DNA of 64,000 nucleotides, from the NCBI GenBank assembly GCA_028714235.1, contig JAQTMQ010000003.1:1306-65305 (forward strand), given 5' to 3'. Numbering within the stretch: position 1 is the stretch's first letter; each line of letters begins with the position of its first letter. The notes beneath the pieces are model-generated. The model made no database searches and had not been told where the DNA came from. It saw only the letters and a program-made list of their open reading frames with translations. The translations under genes and the position numbers were made by a program. This stretch comes from Candidatus Iainarchaeum sp. GTDB lineage: Archaea > Micrarchaeota > Micrarchaeia > Burarchaeales > Fermentimicrarchaeaceae. This document shows positions 1 through 10,600 of this stretch, in pieces.

Positions 1-1
1 T

Positions 2-1729
2 GGCGCTTGCCAGCGTGCCTTTCAGCTCATTCAGCTCTTCCCCATTCGCGGCGAGCCGCGCCGCCACTTCCCGGTCCTTCTCCGCCTCTTGCAAGAGCCT
101 GTTCGCCTTAAGCCGGTTGCTTTCAGCCCGGTTCTTCATAAGCCGGCTAACCGGGTCGCCGAGGTAATAATCGGCGTAAAACTCCCCGAGCATTTTCAGC
201 GACTGTCCGAGCGTGAATTGCGGGGGAGGCGACTCGACGCGCGCGTAGGCTGAAGCGAGTTGCCTCTCAAGCGACTCAAGACTCTTCGCTTCGCTGCCGA
301 GGTTGTTTCTCATGATGCTGATGACGGCCTTAAGCTCCTTCGCGTTCTTGTACGGGCTCTTCGCCCCGGTTTGGGGGTCAACCATGGACCCCGATTCCAG
401 CATGCGCTCAAGCTTGGCGATTTCGGCTTCCAGCGCGTCCTTCCTGCCCTTCTGCTCCGCCATCCTCTGCTCCAGCGCCGGCCTGGTACGCTCCAAATAC
501 TTCTTGTATTCCTCCGGGTTTTTCCGCCAGTCCTTCATCTGCCTGCCGATTGCGTGCGCGTTCACCACGGTGCGGCCGGTGGCGGCGGCCATCACGCCGG
601 CGTACTTGTACTGCTTCAGCATGCCGCCGAACACGGGTATCGTCGTGGTAATCAGCGAGGTCGTGGCCGCCCACTGGAGCTCTCCGTAGAAAAGCGAGCC
701 CTGCATTAGCGTCTGGTCGCGCTGCACCCCTTCGCGGAGCAACTTATGCTTGTTCAACTCGTTGGACTTTGTATCGTACGCATTCACCTTTGCCGCGCGC
801 GTTTTTTCGGTTAAAGCAAAAGTCTTGTACCTATAGTACCCGCGCGAGAGTATGCCTTTCCCCTCCCGCAGGTTGATGCGCTTCGCCAGAATCGCGTCCG
901 CCGGGAAACTGTAGATTTTTTCGAGCTTGGTGATGTCGCCCGCCGCCGCCCTCTGGTATTGGCCAAGGCGCCCCCCGCCAATGGCAGAGCGGGTCAAGAC
1001 CATGTTCGTCAGGTTCACCTTGCCGAGGTCCAGGGGCTTGGGAGTTATTTTGCCGGTATCCTCGCGGACTGCCACGCGCGCCTTGCCGAAAATTTCGGAA
1101 AGCCCGGCCTGCAGCTCCGCGTTCTTCACCCTGCCCAGCCCGGGCAAGGGCAGGAGCGCGCCGTCCTTCCCGGCCGTTTTCCCGTCCGCGTAAGCGCGGA
1201 TGACGAGCGCGTTCTGGAGCGCTTCCGTGCTGAGCGCCGAGCCGAGCTTCTGGTCGAGCTTGAGCACCTTCCCGTCCGCGTCCCTGAGCGTCTCCCACCG
1301 CGAGCCGCGCTTTATCTGGATTTCGCCCGCGTGCCTTCCCCGGTTGACGTGCCTCAGCTGTTGCCCGGCGAACTGGATGGAGTTGTATTTGGAGGTCTGC
1401 AGCCCCACCTTGTGCGCAAGACCGGAGATTACGCCGCCCTTGAGCAGGGCGAGGGCGTTCCGCTGGAGGGACGCGGCGCCGCTCATGAACTGGTAGGAGC
1501 GCACGCCCGGCTGGCGGGCAGTCTGCTTTTGCGGGCTCGTGATGTCGAAAAAGCCGAGCGGCGACTTGCCCTGCGCGTAAAGCGCGGCGAAAAGGAACGC
1601 GAGAAGCAGGAAGAACGGGAAGCACACCGTCATGTTCCCGATGTCCAGCATGGGCGCGCCTCCCGCAAAAGCCAAAGCAAAGCCTGACGTTAGGAAAACG
1701 GATGCGAGCATGCTCCCGCCCATCGTCAT
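2..1729 (-). CDS. hypothetical membrane-anchored protein; C-terminus lies beyond the window edge. N-terminal hydrophobic/signal segment followed by a Lys/Glu-rich, coiled-coil-like region
   Basis: Own translation of the reverse strand. ATG at 1727-1729 opens a frame with no stop down to position 2 (576 codons: MTMGGSMLASVFLTSGFALAFAGG ... EELNELKGTLASA). Absent from the ORF track because no stop lies inside the window. TATA-like TTTATTAAT at 1747-1755 about 20 nt upstream. Confidence 0.5.
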   Translation of the reverse strand, partial: MTMGGSMLASVFLTSGFALAFAGGAPMLDIGNMTVCFPFFLLLAFLFAALYAQGKSPLGFFDITSPQKQTARQPGVRSYQFMSGAASLQRNALALLKGGVISGLAHKVGLQTSKYNSIQFAGQQLRHVNRGRHAGEIQIKRGSRWETLRDADGKVLKLDQKLGSALSTEALQNALVIRAYADGKTAGKDGALLPLPGLGRVKNAELQAGLSEIFGKARVAVREDTGKITPKPLDLGKVNLTNMVLTRSAIGGGRLGQYQRAAAGDITKLEKIYSFPADAILAKRINLREGKGILSRGYYRYKTFALTEKTRAAKVNAYDTKSNELNKHKLLREGVQRDQTLMQGSLFYGELQWAATTSLITTTIPVFGGMLKQYKYAGVMAAATGRTVVNAHAIGRQMKDWRKNPEEYKKYLERTRPALEQRMAEQKGRKDALEAEIAKLERMLESGSMVDPQTGAKSPYKNAKELKAVISIMRNNLGSEAKSLESLERQLASAYARVESPPPQFTLGQSLKMLGEFYADYYLGDPVSRLMKNRAESNRLKANRLLQEAEKDREVAARLAANGEELNELKGTLASA

Positions 1730-1892
1730 AAACTGCTCAATCGCGGTTTATTAATCATGCGCCAAGCCGGGGGGTTTTGCGGCGCCTAATCCCTGCGACG
1801 GGAATTCGCGGCGCGCGCGAAACCCGCCTGTCGGGTCTCCGCCGGCGCAGGAAAAAAGCGCGGGCCGGCAGGCCGAAACGGGGTTTGCAGCC

Positions 1893-4553
1893 TCATTTCC
1901 GGCTCCCGGCGGTTTTTCCCCGGAGCGCGCCAGCCTGCCAGTCGAGCAAAAGCTTTCCGGCAAGCGCAAGCAGGATGAGGAGCAGCGGAAGGAGTACGGA
2001 AAGCGTGCCGAGGTCGAGGGGGAAGCCGCCGGACTGGTAGGTTTTCGCGTCCTGCGACCGCCCGTACCTCGCCTCAATCGGGTCGCTCATGTTCGGCTTG
2101 AAGGCCGCGACGGCGGTGTGCTTGCCCCACCCGCAGACGGTGTAGCAGAACGTTGCCTCGCCCACGGCGCAGCCGCCCGCCTCGCTGTCCTCCGAGCAGG
2201 TCTTGTTGTCCCCGACCCACCCGAAGTTGTTCAGGCACCTCCCGGAATCCTGGCACACGTTGGACGCGGTGCCGCAAAGCCCGCCAGAGCACTTGCCGCT
2301 TAAGCCGCAGGCCGAATCCGCGGCGCACTTCTTCGCGCACGTGTTCGTCTTCAGGTTGCACGCCTGCGTGCACGAATCGTCGCCCCCGGGCTCGCAGCCG
2401 CAGTCCACGTTTCCGTTGCAGGGCTTCCCGTAAAACTCCACGGCAACCACGCACTGCCCGTCTTCTCCGCAATCCGAATCGTCGAAGCACTTCCGCGTGT
2501 AGGAGCAATGCGGCTGCGCGTTGGTTATCCCGTTGACCGACTGGCGCACGCACTGGGACGAGCTCGTGCACGGAATCTGGCCGTCCGATGTCGAGCAGCC
2601 GGTGTCGGGGTCGCACGAGCAGCCGCCCGCGCCGTCGTTGTTCTCCTGGACGTAGATGGAGTCGTTAGTGTACTCGTTGTAGTCGACGGGATTGATGACC
2701 GCGCCCGCCTCGTAGAAGCGAATCGTCTTGTTCCCGAGCGGGTGCGTGGAGATGGAATCCGGCTCGTCGATGTACTTCGCGAGCAGCTTCGCCGTGAGGC
2801 AGACGAGCGTCTTGTTCCCGTCCGCCGCGTCCCGGACCGTGTCCGGCACCAGGGTCACGGTCGTCGGAAGCCTGAAGTCGAAGGACTGGTTCCAGATGAA
2901 CGTGTTGTTGAAGCGGTCGTAGAACGCGAACGACGCGTTGTGCTGCCCGAGCACCGCCTCGTCCATCACGAGCAGGCTCGCGGTGTCAAGGTTCGAGAAA
3001 AGGTAAATCCCGCTCGCGTTCTGGTACGTGGTCGGGTGGAATTTCAGCGGCTCGACGCGGATGACGCCAAGCTTCCCGCCCCCGCTCCCGCCGGAGGTCG
3101 TGACGCTTATCATCTCGTTGTCCCCGCCCTCGATTTCGACGCGGAAGACCTCCGCGAAGGCGACGCCCGTGGAGCCGCCGTCCGCGGAAACGCCGGACGC
3201 CGTGACTTTCTGCCCGTCCGCGCCAACCCCCATTATCGTGACCCTTGCCGTGCTGCCGCTCTTGTTCGTGTGCACCACGAGCTGGCTGCCCTGCGCGCCT
3301 GAAACCTTCCCGAGGGCGGACGAGGCGGTGTAGGTATTCTCGAGCACGTCCGCGAGCGTGGTCAGGAGCTGCTCGGGGCCGCCTCCGCCGGACCAGAACT
3401 CGATTGAATCGTTCGCAAAGCCGCCCTCGCCCTCGAAGCTGCCGACGCTTTCCAGGCGGATGTAGTAGATGGCGCGCCACTGGATGCCTGACGCGACGAA
3501 CGAGCCCTGGCTTCCGGGCAGGTACAATTCTTCCGAGTCAAGCTGGCCGTCCCCGTTCAGCCCGATAAGCGTCATCGTCCCCGAGCCGCCGTTCTGCGAG
3601 TACCAGCCCTGCGAGTCGCAGGGCGCCGCGGTGTGGCAGTCGAGCGAGGCGGATGGGCTGCCCAGGTCGCACCTCGCGCACTGCGCCATGCCCTCGCGGG
3701 GGTAGCGGTAGCGCGTCTCCTTCCTCGTCGTGTTGTATTCGCACAGGCAGGTTACCATGCCGTTTGTCTCGCATTTCGTCCACGGCGGGTTCAGGTCAAC
3801 CGAGCCCGCCACGCACTTGCCCTGCTTGTCCGGAGTGACGTCGGAAAGCGCCTTGCACGCGGCGTCCAGCGCGTCCCTGTTCTGCTGTTCGCTCCCGCTG
3901 ACTGCGAGGATGCAGAGGTCCTGGGAATGGAACACGTGGGTGCTCGCGTCCTGGCTGACGAACGTGTGGTTGCAGCAGACGTTCTCGTGCGACGAGACCT
4001 TGACGTTGCGCGCGCTGCCGGCCACCATGGGAACGAGTGAGCCCGAATCCGCGGAGAATGTGGACGGGCCCTGGAACCCGGCCCCGGGGATGAAGATTGT
4101 GCCGATGACGACTTTCGCCTGGCCGGGGTCGGTCCACAGCTCGTATTCGTCGCCGAACCCGCCTCCCTCTCCCCCGACCTCGGTTATGTCCTTGAAGCCC
4201 GTGTTCGTGGCGTCCGCGTACCTGAACGGGTACGCTTCCGCGTCCGGAACGAATTTGTGCGTGCCCGGCTCGAAGCTGCCCGTGATTGAGACGCTCGCGC
4301 TGATTGCGTTGTTGGTCGCATTCGCGCCGACAAAGCTCAGGGCGGTCACGTTGCTCACGCGGTTGGGCACCGGCTTCAGCATCAGCGTCGCGTCCGGCGG
4401 AATCGGGGACGTGTTGTACAGCTTGTAGTCTTTAGAGAAAACCCAGTCCAGGCTGGTGCGGTTGTAGCCTGCCCACCACGGGTCCTTGTTGAGGTCGAAA
4501 TACGAGATGGCGTTTACGTCGTAGCGCGGCGCGGCGGGGTCTTTCGGGGACAC
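1893..4553 (-). CDS. C-terminal segment of giant cell-surface protein: Cys-rich module, C-terminal hydrophobic anchor with basic tail (LPLLLILLALAGKLLLDW...GSRK), no signal peptide of its own. In frame with 4620..11189 across a single TAA
   Basis: ORF-track ORF of 886 aa with a GTG start. Same frame as the upstream 2189-aa ORF (coordinate arithmetic: 69 nt apart). The 22 intervening codons read as ordinary protein (TRYRNTLYGYQYLNSSPDAYEN). Many N-x-S/T sequons. Confidence 0.6.
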   Translation of the reverse strand: MSPKDPAAPRYDVNAISYFDLNKDPWWAGYNRTSLDWVFSKDYKLYNTSPIPPDATLMLKPVPNRVSNVTALSFVGANATNNAISASVSITGSFEPGTHKFVPDAEAYPFRYADATNTGFKDITEVGGEGGGFGDEYELWTDPGQAKVVIGTIFIPGAGFQGPSTFSADSGSLVPMVAGSARNVKVSSHENVCCNHTFVSQDASTHVFHSQDLCILAVSGSEQQNRDALDAACKALSDVTPDKQGKCVAGSVDLNPPWTKCETNGMVTCLCEYNTTRKETRYRYPREGMAQCARCDLGSPSASLDCHTAAPCDSQGWYSQNGGSGTMTLIGLNGDGQLDSEELYLPGSQGSFVASGIQWRAIYYIRLESVGSFEGEGGFANDSIEFWSGGGGPEQLLTTLADVLENTYTASSALGKVSGAQGSQLVVHTNKSGSTARVTIMGVGADGQKVTASGVSADGGSTGVAFAEVFRVEIEGGDNEMISVTTSGGSGGGKLGVIRVEPLKFHPTTYQNASGIYLFSNLDTASLLVMDEAVLGQHNASFAFYDRFNNTFIWNQSFDFRLPTTVTLVPDTVRDAADGNKTLVCLTAKLLAKYIDEPDSISTHPLGNKTIRFYEAGAVINPVDYNEYTNDSIYVQENNDGAGGCSCDPDTGCSTSDGQIPCTSSSQCVRQSVNGITNAQPHCSYTRKCFDDSDCGEDGQCVVAVEFYGKPCNGNVDCGCEPGGDDSCTQACNLKTNTCAKKCAADSACGLSGKCSGGLCGTASNVCQDSGRCLNNFGWVGDNKTCSEDSEAGGCAVGEATFCYTVCGWGKHTAVAAFKPNMSDPIEARYGRSQDAKTYQSGGFPLDLGTLSVLLPLLLILLALAGKLLLDWQAGALRGKTAGSRK

Positions 4554-4619
4554 GTTCTCGTAGGCGTCGGGCGAGCTGTTCAGGTATTGGTAGCCGTAAA
4601 GCGTGTTCCTGTAGCGGGT

Positions 4620-7600
4620 TTAGTTGTACCTGAAGCTCGAGTTCACCATCAGGGACTTGGACGAGCCGTTGACGTTGTCGAGCGCCACGAAATGCTTCGT
4701 GAAAAGCCTGGACGAATACGCGGCGTATTCGAGGGACGGGTACACCTCCGGCGCGCACGCGCCCCCTATGCAAACCGCGCCGCTCTGGCACTGGCTGTCC
4801 CGCACGCACGCCTCCTTCTCGCTCCTGTACGGGGTCTGGAACGCAAGCTTGAAAGTGCCTCCCTCGTAAAGGGCGTGCAGGACTGGCGCGACCCCGTGCG
4901 CAATGCCCCAAATCTTGCCTCCGTTGTAGCTGATGTTGACCGCCCCTTCCACGACGGTGTCAACGTAAAACTGGGCGAAATACTTTCGCGTTACGTTCGG
5001 GATGGTCGCGGAAAGGCCGGCTGAAGCCGACCTGCCTGCCGCGATGCTTGAGCCGGCCACCGCCTGCTGCCTCCGGCACACGCTCATCGGGATTCCCGCG
5101 CGGTCCGGGCAGCCCTCGCAGTAAACCCCGTACGGCAGGTTCTTCCTCAGGACGTCCTCGTAAACCAGGACGTCGGTCGGGCCCCTTAGGTCGGGGTCGG
5201 TAATCTTGCCGACGAGCTGCTTCGCGGCCGAAACGCTTCCCTGGACGTCCTTGAAGTCTTCGCTCACCTGCAAGCCCGTGACTTTGACCCTCCAGACCCC
5301 TTCCCAGTCCGGCTTCGTCTTCTCCGAGTCCCTGACGGGCAGGTAGATGTCGTAGTTGCCGCTGCCGCCGTAAACGTCAATGCCGTCAACGCGGGCGTTG
5401 TCGTCGTCCGTTATGTCAAGCTTCTCGACTATCCCGAAAGCGCCGCCGACGCTGAAATCCCAGCCCATGCCGCCTTTCTCCTCAAGGCCGGTTCCGGACG
5501 CGGTCATCCCGCCCCAAAGCGCATCCGTAACCGCGCTGAAGCCCTCGCCCGAGATGGTGGAATAATCGCCTGTGTAAACCGACTTCTTTATGACGAGGTG
5601 CATCGCGGGCTTCACGTTGCCGTACTCGTCCTCGTAATAGACGCGGACCCAGTTTTCGGTGCGCTTGTACTTGGTTTTGTCGTCCCCGCAATAGTTGCAG
5701 GAAGCCGAGCCCTGCGCGTCGCCCTCCCCGAATATCGCCTCGCCGTAGGACAGCTGCCTGAAAGTGAACGCGAAGAGGTCGACCGAGGTGCACCCAAGGC
5801 ACCCCCCTGTCTTGGCCCAGTCGCAGCGCTGCGTCAGCCCCGGCCTCCCGAAGCCCTCCCTGCGCTCGAAAGTGAAGCGGTCCACTACGAAGATGTAGCC
5901 GTCCTTGTACGCGACCGCCACGCCCTGGTGGTAGCGCCTGAACGAAACCAGGCCCGCCGTCTGGCCGATGATGTCGTCCGCGGTGTTCGGGCCGTCGCGC
6001 TCCGGCGTGAACAGGTACTTGTCGTCAACGCAGACCCCCTTCCCTTCGCCGAACGGCTTGACCGCCGGAGAGAAGAACGACACGAACCCTTCGCCTATCT
6101 CGACGTACGGGTTGAGGCAGATGCCCGAGCTGTCGCAGTTGTTGGCGCCGCATTCCAGGTTGCTGTCGAGGAAAAGCGGCTTGAGGCCGCCCACGGACTC
6201 GCTGAACGTGGGCTGGTTCGCGCCTGACATCCATGCGGGCGCGGCCCAGTAGCAGTAGCCTTCGCCGTAATTCAGCGGCGGGCTTCCGGCGATGTTTGAG
6301 TCCCAGCAGCCGGAGCCGAGCTGCCTGCAGGGCATGTACAGCGGGATGTTCTGGAAGCTCGAGATGACCTCGCCGTCAAAGCGCAGCATCATGAGCGAGT
6401 CCGTGCCGTAAACTATGTAAATCTCGCTCCCGTCGCCGGCCACGGCGATGTCCGCCCTGTCCCGGATGTAATGCGAGCCCTGCTCGGGGTTGAAGTTGGA
6501 GTACCCTATGATTGAAGGCGCGTTGCGCGCGTAGGAGGTGTTCACGCTCCAGTCCGGGTTCAGGATTTGGATTACCACTTTTCCGCACGTGAGCCCGAGC
6601 GGGTCGCAGTTCACGTTGTCCGGCTCCGTCAGCCCGACGACGAAAATGCGGTTGTAGGAGTCTATGGCGACCCCGAACGGGTGGTAAGGCCCGGTGTAAT
6701 CAACGGAGAACGGGTCCGCCAACTCCCCTGTCGAGGTTGTCCGCGTGTTCCTCTCCGCGTTGGCGTAAAGCGAGCCCTGCTCCGGGACGCGGCCGATGAG
6801 CTTTATGACGTTCCCGCTGTCCTGCCTCGCAAGCTTGAAATAGTAAAGCGAGCCGCCCTTGCTGTCGGCAACGTAAAAGTTTCCGCGCTTGTCCTCGGCC
6901 ATGCCCTGCGGGTTTTTCCTGAACACGTCGTCAATGCCGGGCTGCGGGTACGTCTCGAACCTCTTGCCCGGATACCCGGAAGCGGAGAAGTCGTACGGGT
7001 AGTCGTAGCGCGAGATGTAGCCTTCCTTGTCGAGGGTGAGCATCGCGCTCGGCCCCTTTATCTCGAACGGGTTCAGCGGCCCCGAGCCCGAGCCGGGCAT
7101 GACCGTGTCGTTCGTCATGTTGAATGACGAAAGCGAGATGTTCGCGTTCAGCTCGACCGAGAGGTTGAAGTAAACCGGCGTTATCGCGTACAGGCTGTCC
7201 AGCTCTGAGCCGAGGGGATTGCCGTTTTTGCCCATCGCGGAAACCCCCCAGCCCCAGACGATGCGGGGATAGCGGAAGGTCGCGCGCATGTAATCGTCCG
7301 AAACGTCCGAGCCGTTGAAGTTCAGGTGGTCGGAAATCTCGCCGTCAATCTGCGGCGTGTAGGTGAAGCCCTTGACGCACAGGATTCCCGCCTCGCCGTC
7401 GAACTGGCCCGTCCCCTGCAGCTCGCCCGCGGCCGGGTCGTCCACGACGCACCATTTCACCGGAATCTCGGAATACCCGACCGCGCAAACGTCGTCGTTG
7501 CCGTACATCCTCTGGCCGTCCCAGCCGATGAGCCTGTCCCCGGCCGCGTTATTCGCGGCGTCCACGGCGTTGACGTCGGGGTAGTACAGCACTTCGCTGC

Positions 7601-10600
7601 CGTCCGGGTTGGCCACCGTCACGTTCTCTTCCGTCTTGTTGGCCGGGGGGTTCACGGTGCCGTCATAGCAGTTCGTGTTCAGGACGAGGGTCGCGTTTTC
7701 GCCGGACGCGAGGTCGCAGCCGTCGCACGTCCCGTTGACGAGGAGTATGCCGTTCTGCGTGGCGTTCACGAGGAACTCGCAGTAGCCGAGCGCCGGGTCG
7801 ACCGGGCAGGAGATTGACGACGACCGCTCGCCCCCGGGAAGCCGCGCGTACGCGTAGCCCACCGTGTTGTGGTTCTCGTCCTCGAAGTGGATGCTGACCG
7901 TGTACGCGTAGCCCTTCAGCGCCTTGCCGGCTGCGTCCGACACGTATGCGCGGGCGGCGAACTCCACGTTCTTCAGCGTCTTGGGGGGCAGCGTCAGCGT
8001 GATGTTTTTCGGCTCGGCGGTGATGGTGATGGCCGCGTAGCCCGTCGCCGGCTGCACGCCCACTTGGCCGAAAGTCTGGTTCGTCGCGGTTACCTCGAAG
8101 TCCCCGGGCCGGCTGATGGACATGTTGAACGCCATCGTCCCGTTCTCGATGTTGCAGCAGTAGGTGTCCGGGAAGCCCGTCTGCTCCTGTATGCTCTTCA
8201 TTGCCTCGGTCTTCTGGTGGTCGCACGTGAAATCTGTCCTGAGCGGGTCAACCAGGTTGAATACCTCGCACCTGCTCTTGTTTTTCGCGTAGGTCACGTT
8301 GAACTGGTAAGGGGCGCCGCCGTCGGCAACCGGGTCGCTTGGCACCGCCCAGATGTACGCGTACTTCGTATAGTTTTCGTCGAGGTCGAAGTACTTGTTG
8401 AGCACGGTGACGTTGCCCGGGAAGTTCGTGGCGGTGGAGGCGACCGCAGCCGGCGGGATTATCACGCGCATTGTCATCTCGGTCGTGTTGTGGCGCACGG
8501 TGACGTTGACGCTGCTGTTGTACTCCTCGCGCCCGCTCACGTAGAAATAGTTGTAAATCTTGTTCACGCGCCGGATGCCCGGGAAAAGGTTTCCGGCCGC
8601 GTTGTCCTGCGCCGCCACCTGGTCCCCCACGTAAATGTCTTCGTACGCGACGAGCCGGAAGGTGTGGTTTCCCCGGTCGCAGTCGTTGAACGTCCAGGTG
8701 CAGAAGCACCGCGCCTCGTCAAGCATCGTTCCGGCCGGGTCCTCCTCGCAGCAGGGCCACGCGGAAAGCCTGTTCGGGGGCGGGCAAAGCCCGGGGGCCG
8801 GGGCCGTGCTGTTGTACCTCAGGCCCTCGACCGTGCACTCCTCCGGGGACAGGTACCGCAACGCCCCGCCCGGGCTGCCGTCCACCGTGATGTTGCGCAG
8901 GTCGCTTTCGTTTTTGCGGTTGTAAAAGTATTCTATGACCTGCTTTACCTTCACCTGCCCCCTGAAAAAGTTGTTGAGGCGCGGGTCGCGGTAATTGTTC
9001 TGCTCGACCGGGTTCGCGCCGCCCGGCGCAATATCGTAGGCCGGGCAGCTCGCGTTGTTGCCCATCTCCGTGCAAATCCTCGCGTCCGCGTAAGGCGGGT
9101 CCGGCACGCCCCCGAAAATCGCCTGGCTCCACGTGGCGAAGCCGGGAAGCAGCTCCAGCGGCACGCGCTCCACGTCGTACGGCCACTGGTGGTATATGTC
9201 CGACACGTTCACGGTGACGTTGTAAAGCTTTTCCGAGTCCACAATCCCGCTGTCGCGGTCGAAATCGTCAAGCGCGCGGTAAACGTAGGGCGTGCGCGCG
9301 TTTTTCGCGTAGCTCACGTAATAGTCGAGGAAAAGCGACGAGTTGGAGCCCTCCCCGAAATCCACGTCCGGGGTGCACACGTAGCCCGGCGCGCACGGCT
9401 CGTGCCCGCGTGGAATGCCGCCGTACGCGCACAGCTCCTGGAATTCCGGGTCGGCCGGAATCACGTTTTTCGGCGAATCCGGGAAGCCGATGGTGTAATG
9501 GCTGTAATACGTGGTCCCGTAGCAGCACGCCGTGTCGTAAGGCCCGGTGTAGTACGAGCAGATGTCGCCTTGCCCGGGGTCGCAGTCCGGGTCGGTCATG
9601 AAGCTGTCTATCTGGCCTTCGCAGTAGTCGCCGCTGCAATCGCAGACCGGGGCCTGGCTCTCCACGGCCCAGTAATCGACGTTGGTCGTGCTCCCGGCCA
9701 CTTTACCGCAAACGTAGGCCTTGGGCACCGGGCACTGGCAGCCCGGGCAGGTTTCCGGGTCGTCGCCGTCAAAGCAGGACGTCCCGCATTGCGCCGGGGT
9801 GACTTCCGGGTTGTTCGTTTCCGAATAGTCTATCGGCTGCGGCTCCCAGCGCGTCACGGTCAGGCGGAACGGCTTAGTAAGCTGGCCGCAGACGGTGACG
9901 TTCGCGCAGTAGGCGTCAGGCAGCCGGATGGGGTTGCCGAGTATGTCCGTATCGTCGCGGTACCGTATGAACGTGGGCCACACGCCCACCTTGCTGATGC
10001 CGCTGTCAACGTAAAAGAAGCTTGCCACGTCCGTGTCGTTTATTTCGGCGTCTATCGGCTTGTTCCAGCAGATGCCTTTGTCCACGTCGCTTCCCGGGTA
10101 GTCCCTGCCCTGGCCCTCGACGATGGGAAGCTCGTTGTTGGCGTAATTGACGGCCGGGGGGACGTAGCCGATGTTGCAGTCGAGGCAGGATTCGCCGCAG
10201 TCGCAGTGGCCGGGGCAGGCGCAGGAGTAATCCGGCGGCTGGCTGTAAGCCGGCGTGCAGTACGGTATTGGGGTGGTGTCGCCCTCAATCTTGTAGTCGC
10301 CGGCATTGTTGCATACCTCGAGCTGCGTGCATTCCTCGGAGGGAAGCTGCGGCACCGGAACAGGCTTTATTTCGTCGCCGCAGGCCGGAATCTCGAGCTC
10401 TCCGAGCGGGGGCGGCGGGGCGCCGGAACCCGTGCCGCCGTTGCACGTGTTCCCGTAATTCGCCATTTCGTCGTAGGAATGGCAGGTTTCGGCGGTTCCC
10501 TGGTACATGCACAGGTACGGGTTGGGCGGGTCGAAGAGCTCGGGCGGGCACCATTTGGGGAACCCGTTCACGTCGCACGGGTCCCGGACGGAGTAGCAGC

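Noticed and set aside
4620-4622. Possibility that TAA is a reassigned sense codon genome-wide
   Set aside because: All other well-supported genes in the window have normal lengths and terminate at standard stops, so there is no evidence for codon reassignment. A local event remains (see finding).
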